Origin: an uncultured Chloroflexia bacterium
GTDB taxonomy: Bacteria > Chloroflexota > Limnocylindria > Limnocylindrales > CSP1-4
Length of the DNA stretch: 64,000 nucleotides
NCBI GenBank assembly: GCA_963707215.1
Contig: CAVPPB010000001.1
Coordinates: 1-64,000, forward strand
Reading direction: 5' to 3'
Shown here: piece after piece, positions 38,492 to 48,420 of the stretch
How the letters are laid out: every line of letters begins with the position of its first letter
Position numbering within the stretch: the stretch's first letter is position 1
Notes under the pieces: generated by a model
Database searches by the model: none
Told to the model about the DNA's origin: nothing
The model's input: the letters and a program-made list of their open reading frames with translations, nothing else
Program-made: the position numbers and the translations under genes

Positions 38492-39466
38492 CTATTCGAT
38501 CGGCGTCAGCCAGTGCTCGTAGCGCGGCACGCGCCCCCGCACCGCATCGAAGTAGCGCCCGCGGATACGCTTCGCGATCGGGCCCACTTCGCCACTGCCG
38601 ACCTTGCGGTGGTCGACCTCGATGACCGGGCTGACCTGGACGCCGGTGCCGCAGAGGAAGGCCTCGTCGGCCACGTACAGCTCCGACCTGTCGATCGACC
38701 GGACCTCGACCTCGAAGCCCTCGTCACGGGCGAGCTGGATGAGCGCCGTCCGGGTGATGCCCTCGAGGATGTCGTCGGAGACGGGGGGCGTCAGGATCAC
38801 CCCGTCGCGAACGACGAAGAGATTGGCTGCGGAAGCCTCTGACGCATGGCCGTCCGGAGTGAGGACGAGCGCCTCGTCGAAGCCGTTGAGCTCAGCCTCT
38901 GACTTCTGAAAGGCCATGTTCACGTAGCCGCCCACGATCTTCCCGCGGGCCGGCAGCGCCTCGTCCGCGTTCCGCCGCCACGACGACGACATGAGCCGGA
39001 CGCCGTGCTCGACGTCGATGTAGTTGCCGAACGGGATGGCGATGATCGAGATGTCGTGATCGAGGCGATCGAGCCGCACACCGATGGTCCGGGTGCTCTT
39101 GTAGACCGTCGGCCGGACATAGGCGTCCTCTCGGAAGCCGTTCCGGCGGATCGTCTCCATCACCAGTCCCACCAGCTCGTCGACGGAGGGGATCGGCTCC
39201 ATGAGGAGGATCCGGCTCGATCGGCTGATCCGCTCCATGTGCTCGCGCAGGAACAGCCCATAGAGCCGTCCCTTCTCAGGGGCCCAGTAGGCCCGGATGC
39301 CCTCGAACACAGCAGTCCCGTACAGGAACGCGTGGGTCATGATGCTGACCCGCGCGTCGCGCATCGGGACGAAATCGCCCTGGAAATAGCAGATCAGGCT
39401 GTCGAGGTCCACGCCCTGGGCCTTGGCGGCGGGGGCGGGCGACTCGGCCGGCTTCTCGGTCAGCAT
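38492..39466 (-). CDS. ilvE: Branched-chain amino acid aminotransferase
   Basis: YGTAVFEGIR, RGKIVGGY, ILEGITR, EAFLCGT. Confidence 0.93.
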   Translation of the reverse strand: MLTEKPAESPAPAAKAQGVDLDSLICYFQGDFVPMRDARVSIMTHAFLYGTAVFEGIRAYWAPEKGRLYGLFLREHMERISRSSRILLMEPIPSVDELVGLVMETIRRNGFREDAYVRPTVYKSTRTIGVRLDRLDHDISIIAIPFGNYIDVEHGVRLMSSSWRRNADEALPARGKIVGGYVNMAFQKSEAELNGFDEALVLTPDGHASEASAANLFVVRDGVILTPPVSDDILEGITRTALIQLARDEGFEVEVRSIDRSELYVADEAFLCGTGVQVSPVIEVDHRKVGSGEVGPIAKRIRGRYFDAVRGRVPRYEHWLTPIE

Positions 39467-39572
39467 CGGTCGGCTCCTCGTGGCGCGAGGGAACGGGTGG
39501 CGCCGCCAGCATAGCAGCGGGGGCCCTCGAGCCAGCACGGCCGGGCGTCATGACCACCCGAGCGCGGAGCCC

Positions 39573-40631
39573 CTATCCGATCAGGCCGAACAGCTGTCCA
39601 AGGACGACAACGAGGTAACCGCTGTAGAAGACCCCGCCGACCAGAAGCCGGCGACCGGTGAGGCGACCCGATCGCGCCATCGGGATGAAGATCACCGCGG
39701 TCGACACCAGGGCGATCCCGGCCGACAGGAAGGCGATCCAGGACTCCTCGGTGACGGCCCAGGCCGAGCCCGCGAAGAGCAGGGCGATGACCGTGGGGAT
39801 CGTGCTCTGGAAGACCATCGCACCGGTGATGTTGCCCATGGCCAGGGTGTCCTTTCCCTGGCGGACCCAGATGACACTGTTGAACTTCTCGGGCAGCTCG
39901 GTCGCGATGGGCGCGATGACCAGGGCCAGCAGCGCCTGGGCCACGCCGAGCTCGTCGGCGATCCGTTCGATGGAGCCGACGAACGCGTAGGCCCCGCCGA
40001 TGATGAACGCGAGGGCGACCAGCACCTGGACGCCGACGATCCGCAGCCGCGGCACCGACGGGTCCCGGCGGTGACCCCGTCGGTCGGCCCGGTGGAACCG
40101 AAGCGGGGCCAGCTCGTCCTCGTGCTGGGCCGCATCGGCGTCGAAATGCGCCTTCACGTACCACGCGTAGATGGCCACGAGCGCAGCCGCGGCGAGCCAG
40201 CGGACCGGGGCGAGTTCGGCGGGTACGAAGGCTGCGCCGATCGCCAGCGTGTAGGCGATGGCGAAGACCCGCACGTCGTGGCCGAGGACCTTGGTGTCCA
40301 CCCGCATCACCTCGCGGTCGGGACGTCGGCGGGCGACGGCCAGGACGGCGGTGCCGGTGACGAACATCGCCAGGGTGGCCAGCATGAAGGGGGCGCCCAG
40401 GATCGCTCCGACGCCGACCTCCTCCGCCGACGCGGTCCCCGCGAACAGGATCGCGATGACCGGGATCATCGTCTCGGGCAGCGCCGTGCCGACCGCGGCC
40501 AGGACCGAGCCGACGGCACCCTCGGCAAGTCCCAGCTTGCGACCGAACCACTCGATGCCGTTCGTGAACAGCTCGGCCCCGATGAGGATCACGACGAAGG
40601 CGAAGAGGAGCTGGACGACGTCGATGGCCAT
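39573..40631 (-). CDS. Na+/Ca2+ (CaCA) antiporter
   Basis: Alpha repeats GTALPE and ATELPE; GNITG; many TM helices. Confidence 0.9.
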   Translation of the reverse strand: MAIDVVQLLFAFVVILIGAELFTNGIEWFGRKLGLAEGAVGSVLAAVGTALPETMIPVIAILFAGTASAEEVGVGAILGAPFMLATLAMFVTGTAVLAVARRRPDREVMRVDTKVLGHDVRVFAIAYTLAIGAAFVPAELAPVRWLAAAALVAIYAWYVKAHFDADAAQHEDELAPLRFHRADRRGHRRDPSVPRLRIVGVQVLVALAFIIGGAYAFVGSIERIADELGVAQALLALVIAPIATELPEKFNSVIWVRQGKDTLAMGNITGAMVFQSTIPTVIALLFAGSAWAVTEESWIAFLSAGIALVSTAVIFIPMARSGRLTGRRLLVGGVFYSGYLVVVLGQLFGLIG

Positions 40632-40978
40632 CAGCCGCCAACCGTTCCGATGACCACGCCGAACGTCACGACCACCAGGATCCCGACGGCTACCGCCGTC
40701 ATGTCGTGCTCGCCCCGACCGGCGAAGCCGACGAGTGCCGCGCCGACCCGCAGGATGGGCGTGGCGACGACGACGATGAGACCGACCCAGAGCCAGGAAG
40801 CGGCCTCCAGGCCAACGAGACCGGCGAGCAGGCCCGAGGGATCGAGCGCCGGGAAGCCAGGCTCCAGGGGTGAGATCCCCGACGCCGACATCAGGAGCAC
40901 GCCGAGCGCCAGGGCGACGACACCGATCCACGTCCCGACCGACAGGATCCGACCGAGTCGGGCCTCGAGATCGGTCAC
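40631..40978 (-). CDS. DUF1634-like membrane protein
   Basis: LGRILSVG...GLIVVVATPILRV; follows a TauE gene. Confidence 0.8.
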   Translation of the reverse strand: MTDLEARLGRILSVGTWIGVVALALGVLLMSASGISPLEPGFPALDPSGLLAGLVGLEAASWLWVGLIVVVATPILRVGAALVGFAGRGEHDMTAVAVGILVVVTFGVVIGTVGG

Positions 40979-41790
40979 AGCCCGGACGCCCGACGGAGGA
41001 GCTGGAAGGCCGTGTACCCGAGGACGACGACGAAGAGGATCCGCAGGACCCGCAGGTCGATCCGGTGGGCCACGCGCGAGCCGACCGAGGCGCCGACGAA
41101 CACGCCGACGGCCGTGGGGCCGGCCACGAACGGATCGATGCCTCCGCGGGCGAGGTAGATGATCGCTCCAGCCGCCGCGGTGATCCCGATCATCAGGTTG
41201 CTGGTCGCCGTCGCCACCCGCAGCGGCACGCCCATGACGAGGTGCATCAGGGGGACCTTGACGACCCCGCCCCCGATCCCCAGGAGTGCCGAGATGACGC
41301 CCGCCCCGACGCTCCCGAGGGCCCCGACACCGAAACGGTGGACGTGGTAGTCAGGACCCGAGAGGCGCTCGACGAAGGTCGAGCGGTCGTCGCTTTCGTC
41401 ATCGGGCCTTGCGGGCCGGGCCGGGGCCGGGGCGCCCTTCCGGAGCATCGAGACCGCGGTGTAGACGAGCAGGGCGGCGAAGAGCGCCGAGATCAATCGC
41501 TCGTCGAGCGAGAAGGCCACCAGGCCGCCGACCAGGGCACCCGTGGCGGTGAACAGCTCCAGCGTCATGCCGAGTCGCAGGTTGGCCACGTGCCGCTCCA
41601 GGTATACCCCGGCCGATGCGCTGCTGGTCATGATCACGCAGACGAGGCTCGCGCCTACCGCCTCCCGCAGCGGGATGTCGAACCCAAGTGTCAGCAGGGG
41701 GACGATGAGGATGCCGCCACCGAGCCCCAGCAACGAGCCGAACAGGCCGGCCGCGGCCCCACCGGCGACCATGATCAGGACGATGGCCAC
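40975..41790 (-). CDS. TauE/SafE (TSUP) family exporter
   Basis: GSLLGLGGG, LGIGGGVVKVP, ATATSNLMIG. Confidence 0.92.
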   Translation of the reverse strand: MAIVLIMVAGGAAAGLFGSLLGLGGGILIVPLLTLGFDIPLREAVGASLVCVIMTSSASAGVYLERHVANLRLGMTLELFTATGALVGGLVAFSLDERLISALFAALLVYTAVSMLRKGAPAPARPARPDDESDDRSTFVERLSGPDYHVHRFGVGALGSVGAGVISALLGIGGGVVKVPLMHLVMGVPLRVATATSNLMIGITAAAGAIIYLARGGIDPFVAGPTAVGVFVGASVGSRVAHRIDLRVLRILFVVVLGYTAFQLLRRASGL

Positions 41791-41814
41791 GTCAGGAGGG
41801 GCCGGCGCCCGCTG

Positions 41815-42075
41815 TCAGGGCCGGAGGTGCTGGGGTGAGTATGGCAACAGTGCGACGTGGCGTGCCCGTTTGAGGGCCACCGTCAGCTCGCGTTGATGCT
41901 GCGCGCAGGTCCCGGTCTTCCGGCGAGGCTCGATCTTCGCCCGCTCCGACAGGTACCGGCGGAGGCGGTTGACCTCCTTGTAGTCGATGCCGGAGCTCTT
42001 GTCCGAGCAGAACGCGCACACCTTGCGGCGGCGGCGATCGCGGTAGTAGTCGTCACGCTTCTTCTTGGGTGCCAT
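41815..42075 (-). CDS. rpsR: 30S ribosomal protein S18
   Basis: [29 protein letters not shown]. Confidence 0.97.
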   Translation of the reverse strand: MAPKKKRDDYYRDRRRRKVCAFCSDKSSGIDYKEVNRLRRYLSERAKIEPRRKTGTCAQHQRELTVALKRARHVALLPYSPQHLRP

Positions 42076-42128
42076 CGTTCGGTCTCTTCTCCATGCTCGA
42101 CCCGGTCAGGGCCGACGCGTCGCGTTGC

Positions 42129-42578
42129 TCAGAAGGGCAGGTCGTCGAGGTCGCTGTCGTCGCCGCTCGGCGCTTCGGGCGCGGTGCGGTCGCCGCCGGG
42201 CGGCCGCTCGCCCGGAGCCGGCTGGAAGCCCGGGTCGCCATCGTCACGAGGACGCGGGTCCAGGGGGGTCACCGTGTTGGCAACGAGCTCCGTTGTGTAC
42301 CGCTTGTTGCCGCTCTGGTCTTCCCATTGGCGGGTCTGGAGCCGACCCTCCACGTAGACCTTGCGGCCCTTTCGGAGGTATTCAGCGGTGCGCTCCGCGA
42401 GCGGTCCCCAGGCCACGACGCGGAACCACTCGGTCTCCTCCTGCCACTCGCCGCTCGCGTCGCGGTAGTTGCGGTTGACCGCCACGGTGAACTGGGTGAC
42501 CGCCTGCCCGTTGGGCGTGTAGCGCATCTCCGGGTCGCGACCCAGGTTGCCGATGATCATCGCCTTGTTGAGCGACAT
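42129..42578 (-). CDS. ssb: Single-stranded DNA-binding protein
   Basis: [28 protein letters not shown]. Confidence 0.98.
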   Translation of the reverse strand: MSLNKAMIIGNLGRDPEMRYTPNGQAVTQFTVAVNRNYRDASGEWQEETEWFRVVAWGPLAERTAEYLRKGRKVYVEGRLQTRQWEDQSGNKRYTTELVANTVTPLDPRPRDDGDPGFQPAPGERPPGGDRTAPEAPSGDDSDLDDLPF

Positions 42579-42604
42579 GTCGGACGCCTCCCTTGCGATC
42601 CCGG

Positions 42605-43051
42605 TCAGTCGACCGCGTTCGGAGCGGCTTCGCTCTCCGACTCGTCGATCCGCTCGCCGTCGTCCCCGGACTCCTCGTCATCGGACGGGCCAGGGCCCTC
42701 CGCGTCCTCGTCCTCGGATCCGCCGTCGCCCTCGGCGGCGCCCTCGCGGCGAGGCGGCCGAGCCGGGCGCTCGATGCGCACGACCAGGTAGCGGAGGACC
42801 TCCTCGGTGATGTTGAGGCCACGCTCCAACTCGTCGATGGCGTCGGCGGGCGCCTCGAACACGAGGATGTGGTACGAGCCTTCGCGGTACCGCTCGATCG
42901 GGTACGCGAGGCGACGGCGGCCCCAAGGAGCCACCTTGACGACCTGGCCGCCCGAGGCGACCACGTGACGGGTCGCCCGTTCGATCACGGCCTGGGTGCG
43001 GTCGTCCGGCGCGTCCGGCCGGAGGACCAGCATCAACTCATAGCGGCGCAT
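42605..43051 (-). CDS. rpsF: 30S ribosomal protein S6
   Basis: [27 protein letters not shown], acidic tail. Confidence 0.97.
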   Translation of the reverse strand: MRRYELMLVLRPDAPDDRTQAVIERATRHVVASGGQVVKVAPWGRRRLAYPIERYREGSYHILVFEAPADAIDELERGLNITEEVLRYLVVRIERPARPPRREGAAEGDGGSEDEDAEGPGPSDDEESGDDGERIDESESEAAPNAVD

Positions 43052-43060
43052 TCGCGCATG

Positions 43061-43132
43061 CTCCTTCCTGTGGGGTCCGCCCCGCTCGCGGCATACCACG
43101 ACGGAGCCGAAAGGACGGCCGGGAGTGTACCA
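43061..43132 (-). promoter_or_regulatory. rpsF promoter and S6:S18-type leader RNA
   Basis: TGGTACACT at 43124-43132; TCCTTTC pairs with SD GAAGGA; inner stem GCTCCG/CGGGGC; CCC-containing internal loop. Confidence 0.6.
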
Positions 43133-43264
43133 CGCGATCGTCGGGACCCGGTCGGAAGCGCGCGTGTGGCCTCCCTCCCGGCGGCCGATCGGCAGCCTCG
43201 GCGGGACCGGGACGGAGCCGATGTATCCTGTGCACCCTGCCAACGCCATCGGGGGCTTCCGTTC

Positions 43265-44488
43265 GTGCCACCAAGCGCCATCCTCATCGTCTCGGCCGAT
43301 CCCGAGGCCGTCACCACCATCGGCGGGCCACTCTCGTCCCAGGGCCACACGATCGCCCGATCGGGTCCGGACGAGGCCTTCGCCAAGGCCGCGGACCATC
43401 AGCTCGTCATCATCGACGCCGCTGGAGGGACATCCGGGGCAGCCGACTTCTGTCGCGAGGTCCGCTCGGCCCCGGCCCTCGGTCGGATCCCCGTGCTGTG
43501 CGTCGCCTCGGGCGATGACGTCGAGGAGAGGATCGCGCTCCTGGAGGCGGGCGCGGACGACGTGCTCCAGCGGCCCTTCGACGCCCGCGAGGTGGAGGCC
43601 CGCGTCGAGGCCCTGCTCCTGCGATTCCAGCGATCGACTGCCCTCAGCCCGACGACGCTCCCCCAGGACGGCGCCGTTGGCGGTCGCCGGCAGCTCATCG
43701 TCGTGTTCAGCCCCAAGGGCGGCGTCGGGACCACGACGATCGCCACGAACATCGCCTCCGCCCGGGCGGCCGAGCACCCCGACGACGTCGTCGTGGTCGA
43801 CCTCGATCTCCGCTTCGGCCAGGTCGCGACCCATCTCGACGTGCGGCCCCGGCAGACGATCACCGACCTCGTCCGCGACGAGCCAGCCATGAACGAAGCT
43901 GAGCTCCTGCGGACCTACACCACGCGCCACGACAGCGGCCTCCACGTGTTGGCCGCGCCCGCCGGGCCCGGGGAGATCGATCTCATCGAGCCCGAGCACG
44001 TCGGGCGGATCCTCCAGACCATCCGCGGGACCTTCGGATCGATCGTCGTCGACGCTGGCGCGACCCTCGATGACCGAACGCGGGCGGCGCTCCAGGCTGC
44101 CGACGAGGTCGTCCTGCCGATCGTGCCCGAGATGGCGGCCCTCCGAGCGATGCACGCGCTGCTGGACCACCTCGGCGAGACCGGAGCGCTGCCCGGCGCG
44201 ACGACCTTCGTCCTCAACGAGCTGTTCGCCCGACAGCTCCTGCGGGCCCGCGACGTGGAGGGTGCGCTGGGTGCCAAGATCGAGCTCCAGCTCCCCTACG
44301 ACCAGGTCCTCTACCTGAAGGCGGTCAACGAGGGCGTCCCGGTCGTCGTCGGCGCGCCGAGGTCGGCGCCGGCAGAGGCCCTCCGGGCACTCTCGGCCAG
44401 GGTCCTCGGCAACGGCACGAGCGCGGTCGCCGCGACCCCGGAAGCACCGCGCGGCAGCCTGCTCGGGCGACTGAGGACCCGAGGCTAG
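43265..44488 (+). CDS. CpaE/TadZ-like protein (receiver domain + MinD/ParA-like ATPase)
   Basis: LVIID, LEAGADD, FSPKGGVGTTT, VDLDLRFG, AVNEGVP. Confidence 0.85.
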   Translation: MPPSAILIVSADPEAVTTIGGPLSSQGHTIARSGPDEAFAKAADHQLVIIDAAGGTSGAADFCREVRSAPALGRIPVLCVASGDDVEERIALLEAGADDVLQRPFDAREVEARVEALLLRFQRSTALSPTTLPQDGAVGGRRQLIVVFSPKGGVGTTTIATNIASARAAEHPDDVVVVDLDLRFGQVATHLDVRPRQTITDLVRDEPAMNEAELLRTYTTRHDSGLHVLAAPAGPGEIDLIEPEHVGRILQTIRGTFGSIVVDAGATLDDRTRAALQAADEVVLPIVPEMAALRAMHALLDHLGETGALPGATTFVLNELFARQLLRARDVEGALGAKIELQLPYDQVLYLKAVNEGVPVVVGAPRSAPAEALRALSARVLGNGTSAVAATPEAPRGSLLGRLRTRG

Positions 44489-44511
44489 CGACACCGCGTC
44501 CGGGACCGCCC

Positions 44512-45288
44512 TCAACCCGTCAGAGCACGGACCAGCCCGAGCAGCCCCGCGAACGCCACGATCACGCCGAGGACCAGGCGGAACCTCACCGGCGTGACCC
44601 GGTCGTGGACCCGATAGCCGACGGCCAGGCCGAGGGCGATCGCCGGCAGGCTGGCGAGCGCCCAGCCCAGGCGCTCGGGCGTGTAGGCCCCCTCCAGAGC
44701 GAGCACGCCGAGCCGGATCGACCCGGTCACCGCGAAGATCGAGGTGATGAGGGCTCGGAAGCGCGTCGGGTCACCTTCGGCCCGGGCGAAGAACAGGACG
44801 CCGACCGGGCCGCCCATGCCGTAGAGGCCGCCCAGGATGCCGCTGGTCGCTCCCGCCAGGGGTGCCCACGGCCGAAGGCGGTCCTCGGGGATGACCGGGG
44901 CCGCCCGGCGGGCCGCCAGGTAGATGCCGGCGGCGATGACGGCGAGGCCGAGCCCCAGGCCGAGAGCCGCCAGGTCGACCCGCGGCAACAGCAGGGTGAA
45001 CGTGACGTTGACCGGCACGGCCCCCACGATGAACCGCCGCGCCAGGGGATCGAGGCGGAGCTGGTCCCGGATCGCCCAGCCCAGGATGACGGTCGCCGCC
45101 ACGTCCACCAGGGCGATCCAGTAGAGCCCGTCGAGGAGGCTGATCGAGCCCATCGCCCCGGCCCCCAGGAGGACCAGGAAGCAGGCGTTGGCCACGATCG
45201 CGCTGGCGGCGCCGGTCACGCCCCGGACGAAGAAGGCCAGAGCCCCGACGACCGAGAACAGGACCAGTGGGACGACCTCGGGAGGCAC
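44512..45288 (-). CDS. TauE/SafE family membrane protein (divergent paralogue)
   Basis: FFVRGVTG, GILGGLYGMGGP, ~8 TM helices. Confidence 0.8.
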   Translation of the reverse strand: MPPEVVPLVLFSVVGALAFFVRGVTGAASAIVANACFLVLLGAGAMGSISLLDGLYWIALVDVAATVILGWAIRDQLRLDPLARRFIVGAVPVNVTFTLLLPRVDLAALGLGLGLAVIAAGIYLAARRAAPVIPEDRLRPWAPLAGATSGILGGLYGMGGPVGVLFFARAEGDPTRFRALITSIFAVTGSIRLGVLALEGAYTPERLGWALASLPAIALGLAVGYRVHDRVTPVRFRLVLGVIVAFAGLLGLVRALTG

Positions 45289-45353
45289 GACCCGAGCCTA
45301 GCGACCTCACGGGCCCGGCACCGGACCATCCGACGTGCCGGCCGGACGTCGGA

Positions 45354-45959
45354 TCAGGACCCGATGACGTCCTCGGCCCACGTCTCGATCGCGTCGAGGG
45401 AGCCCTGCCACTCCTCGAACGTGATCCGGACCTCGCGGAGGGCGTCGACCGCGACGAGCGCCCGAGCGGACGGCCGGAGTGGACCTTCCGCGGCCTCACC
45501 GAGCCGCTTGACCCCGGTCGCGGCGATCCGTCGGACCTCGCCCACCCGAACGTGGAGATCGTCGAGCCCATCCGGGTCGAGAGGCGACGACGTCGTGGGA
45601 CGGCGATGCATCACGGACCGGACGGCGGCGATGGCGCTGTGGAGCGCCTGGAGGCCCTGGAGCCACTCGCCGTAGCGGTCCAGCCCAGGGGCCCGCGCAC
45701 CACGGTCTTCCATCGCGATGGCAGCTGCCAGGCGCCGCTCGCTCGCCCGGGCCCACAGGAGAGCCTGACGCGCATCGTTCGCGACCCTGGCATCGTCCAC
45801 GGGCGGGCCTCCCGGTGCGGTGGTCACGAGTCGTGCCGACGTTGGGACCAGGGTCCGGGCCCGTGCGAACAGCCGAGCCCGAGCGATGCCCCTCAGGTCC
45901 TCGGGGACCGGACCCCAGCCGCTCGGTTCCCGTTCGCGGCAGCTCGTCCTCGTGGTCAT
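45354..45959 (-). CDS. Hypothetical protein (start uncertain)
   Basis: Open frame with genome-like codon bias fills the gap; no recognisable motif. Confidence 0.5.
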   Translation of the reverse strand: MTTRTSCREREPSGWGPVPEDLRGIARARLFARARTLVPTSARLVTTAPGGPPVDDARVANDARQALLWARASERRLAAAIAMEDRGARAPGLDRYGEWLQGLQALHSAIAAVRSVMHRRPTTSSPLDPDGLDDLHVRVGEVRRIAATGVKRLGEAAEGPLRPSARALVAVDALREVRITFEEWQGSLDAIETWAEDVIGS

Positions 45960-46167
45960 CGGCCGGACGTCACCAGCGGTCCATGCTACCGCCATCGGAG
46001 TGCTCTGGGTGCTCCCGCGGAGGCGCTTCGTGCTCCGGGGGTCGCCGGCCCGACGGCTGCCGACCACGTGCCCCTGACCCCGGTGCGTCGACGCAACCGG
46101 GTTGACGCGAGGGGGACGCTCATGGTCCGATGCTCCAGCGTCCTCGCTGAGCCTACGAGTGGTCCCC

Positions 46168-47210
46168 ATGCGTCCCCGACTCGCGTTGCTCCTTCTTCCC
46201 GTCCTGCTCGTCGGCCTGCTGCCCGGCGCCGTGGTCGCCGGCCCGGCCGACCAGGCTCGCACGCGCCACGAGGCCATCGTTGCGTTCTGGACGCCGGAGC
46301 GGATCCGTGCCGCCGTCCCCCGTGACATCGTCGTCGACCCCAGCCGGGATTCGAGCCGCTCGCCCCGGGCGGCACCCCGGGCAGGCCCGGCGCCCCCACG
46401 CCGGAGGGAGCCCACGCCGGAGCCCACGCCGCGCCCACGCCGTCCGGCGCCGTCACCGGCGCTTCATGGGACCAGGGAGGAGCGATCCTCACGGGTACCG
46501 GCCGTGTCTTCTTCGTGATGGGCGCCTTCCTCTACAGCTGCTCCGGGGCGGTCGCGGACGACACTCGAGCCGGGTTCTCGCTCGTGCTTGCCGCCGGGCA
46601 CTGCGTGATCGACAAGGGCAGGTTCGCCACGCGGTGGCTCTTCATCCCCGAGTACGACACCGATCCGATCGATTACGGCGACTGCGCCAGCAGCCCGCAC
46701 GGTTGCTGGACCGCGCAGGCTCTGTTCGTCCACGAGAACTTCGCCGCACAGAAGCGCTTCAACGACACGGCCGTCGTGCACGACTTCGCGTTCGCCTTGC
46801 TGGGCCCGGGTGGACACTCAGGCAGTGCGTCACTCGAGACGACCGTGGGGTCGTTCCCGGTCGCCTTCAGCGGCGTGACCAGCGGCGACACCCTCTCGGC
46901 ATTCGGGTACCCGGCGGCGCGCCCCTACGATGGACAGCAGCTGACCTACTGCGAGGGTCCGATCGGCGAGGATCCGGGCACCGACGGGGCCACCTGGTCG
47001 ATGGCCTGCGATATGACCGGCGGCTCGTCCGGCGGTCCGTGGGTCTCCGGAGATCCGCTGTCAGGCAGCGCCATCCTTCGATCCCTCAACTCCTACGGGT
47101 ACTCGGGCATCGACAACATGTACGGCCCGAAGTTCGGGAGCCGGGCACGGGCGGTCTACGACGCAGCCAACGGCACGGCCACGTCGAACACCCGGATCCT
47201 GGGCGGCTGA
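46168..47210 (+). CDS. Secreted trypsin-like (S1) serine protease, frameshifted in the linker (~46350-46440)
   Basis: Signal peptide; FWTPERIRAA propeptide; CSG, AAGHC, DFAF, GGSSGGPW. Confidence 0.85.
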
Positions 47211-47443
47211 ACGGCCCTCGAGCGAGGGGCGGTGACCGCCGCCCGAGATGCCACCGGTCGCAGTATCGACCATCAGCCCCCGACGCTGCGGGCCCCTGCC
47301 GCCTCGGCCCGCTGACGACCGCGGGCGGCCGACCTCGCTCGACTTGACGCGTGAACCGAGCCGCAGGGGCCAACGGTTCCGGGTCGCCTGGCCCTTCGGC
47401 CGCGCCTGGGCTCGACCTACCGTAGCCCCGGAAGGAGGGGCTC

Positions 47444-48115
47444 TTGGTTCGAAACCTGGTCGTGATCTGCCTGCTGCTCGCTTCGGGCGTCCTCCTCGTC
47501 GCCTGCGAGCGGGATGGCCTGCGAACGGAGGTCCAGGGTTCCGGCACCGTGGTCGCCGAGACCCGTGAGGTGAGCGGCTTCGATCGCATCGCGGTGGCAG
47601 GTCAGGGAGTCGTCCACGTCGAGATCACCGGGACCGAGACGCTGGAAGTGGAAGCCGAGGACAACATCCTCGAAGTCCTCACCATCGAGGTCTCGGGTGG
47701 AGAACTCCGGCTCGGTGTCGCGCCGATGACGAACATCGTGCCGACCCGCGACATCACGTATCGCATCACCGCGGCGGACATCAGCGAGGTCGCCGTGTCA
47801 GGCAGTGCCGTGGTCGACGTCGCCGTCCTCGATGTCGACAGGCTCGAGGTCGAGATCTCGGGCTCGGGCAGCGTCACCCCGTCCGGGACCGCCGACGGAC
47901 TCGACGTCAACATCAGCGGGTCCGGGCGCTACCTGGGCGAGAGGTTCGAGACCAGGACAGCGTCGATCGGCGTGTCCGGCAGCGGGCAGGCGACCGTCCT
48001 GGTGACCGACGAGCTGCTGGCATCCGTATCCGGGTCTGGGTCCATCCAGTACCTTGGAGACCCACCGATGGTCGAGAAGCGGGTGTCGGGCTCCGGATCC
48101 ATCTCCGGGAGCTGA
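47444..48115 (+). CDS. GIN/DUF2807-domain lipoprotein
   Basis: Lipobox LVAC; repeated ISGSG/VSGSG; EAEDNIL. Confidence 0.88.
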   Translation: MVRNLVVICLLLASGVLLVACERDGLRTEVQGSGTVVAETREVSGFDRIAVAGQGVVHVEITGTETLEVEAEDNILEVLTIEVSGGELRLGVAPMTNIVPTRDITYRITAADISEVAVSGSAVVDVAVLDVDRLEVEISGSGSVTPSGTADGLDVNISGSGRYLGERFETRTASIGVSGSGQATVLVTDELLASVSGSGSIQYLGDPPMVEKRVSGSGSISGS

Positions 48116-48268
48116 CCGGAGGCCATCCGAGCCTGCTGCGCCGTGGCCGTCCCATCCCCCGAGGCAGCGAGGCTCTGCCGCCGCTCGGTGCTCCGACCGG
48201 GCCGAGGGCGGTCGCCTCAGGCCGCCCGTGAGCGTCCTTGCGCGCGGTGCTCCGATCTGATGCTGCTC

Positions 48269-48354
48269 TGGTGCCGAGGGTGGGAGTCGAACCCACACGC
48301 CCTTGCGGGCAGCCGAGTTTAAGTCGGCCGCGTCTGCCGTTCCGCCACCTCGGC
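48269..48354 (-). tRNA. tRNA-Leu(TAA)
   Basis: GCCGAGGTGGCGGAACGG...GCCGA-CTTAAAC-TCGGC, long variable arm, GGTTCGA, CCA. Confidence 0.95.
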
Positions 48355-48420
48355 GTCGATCGGGCGCTGCCCGACAGTGGAACGATACGATGGTGGCGTC
48401 CACTACGGGAGGCAGCCAGC

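Noticed and set aside
46405-46445. Short direct repeats as a possible CRISPR or mobile-element signature
   Set aside because: 12-bp in-frame units encoding an EPTP linker, with no spacers; no CRISPR array or cas gene anywhere in the window
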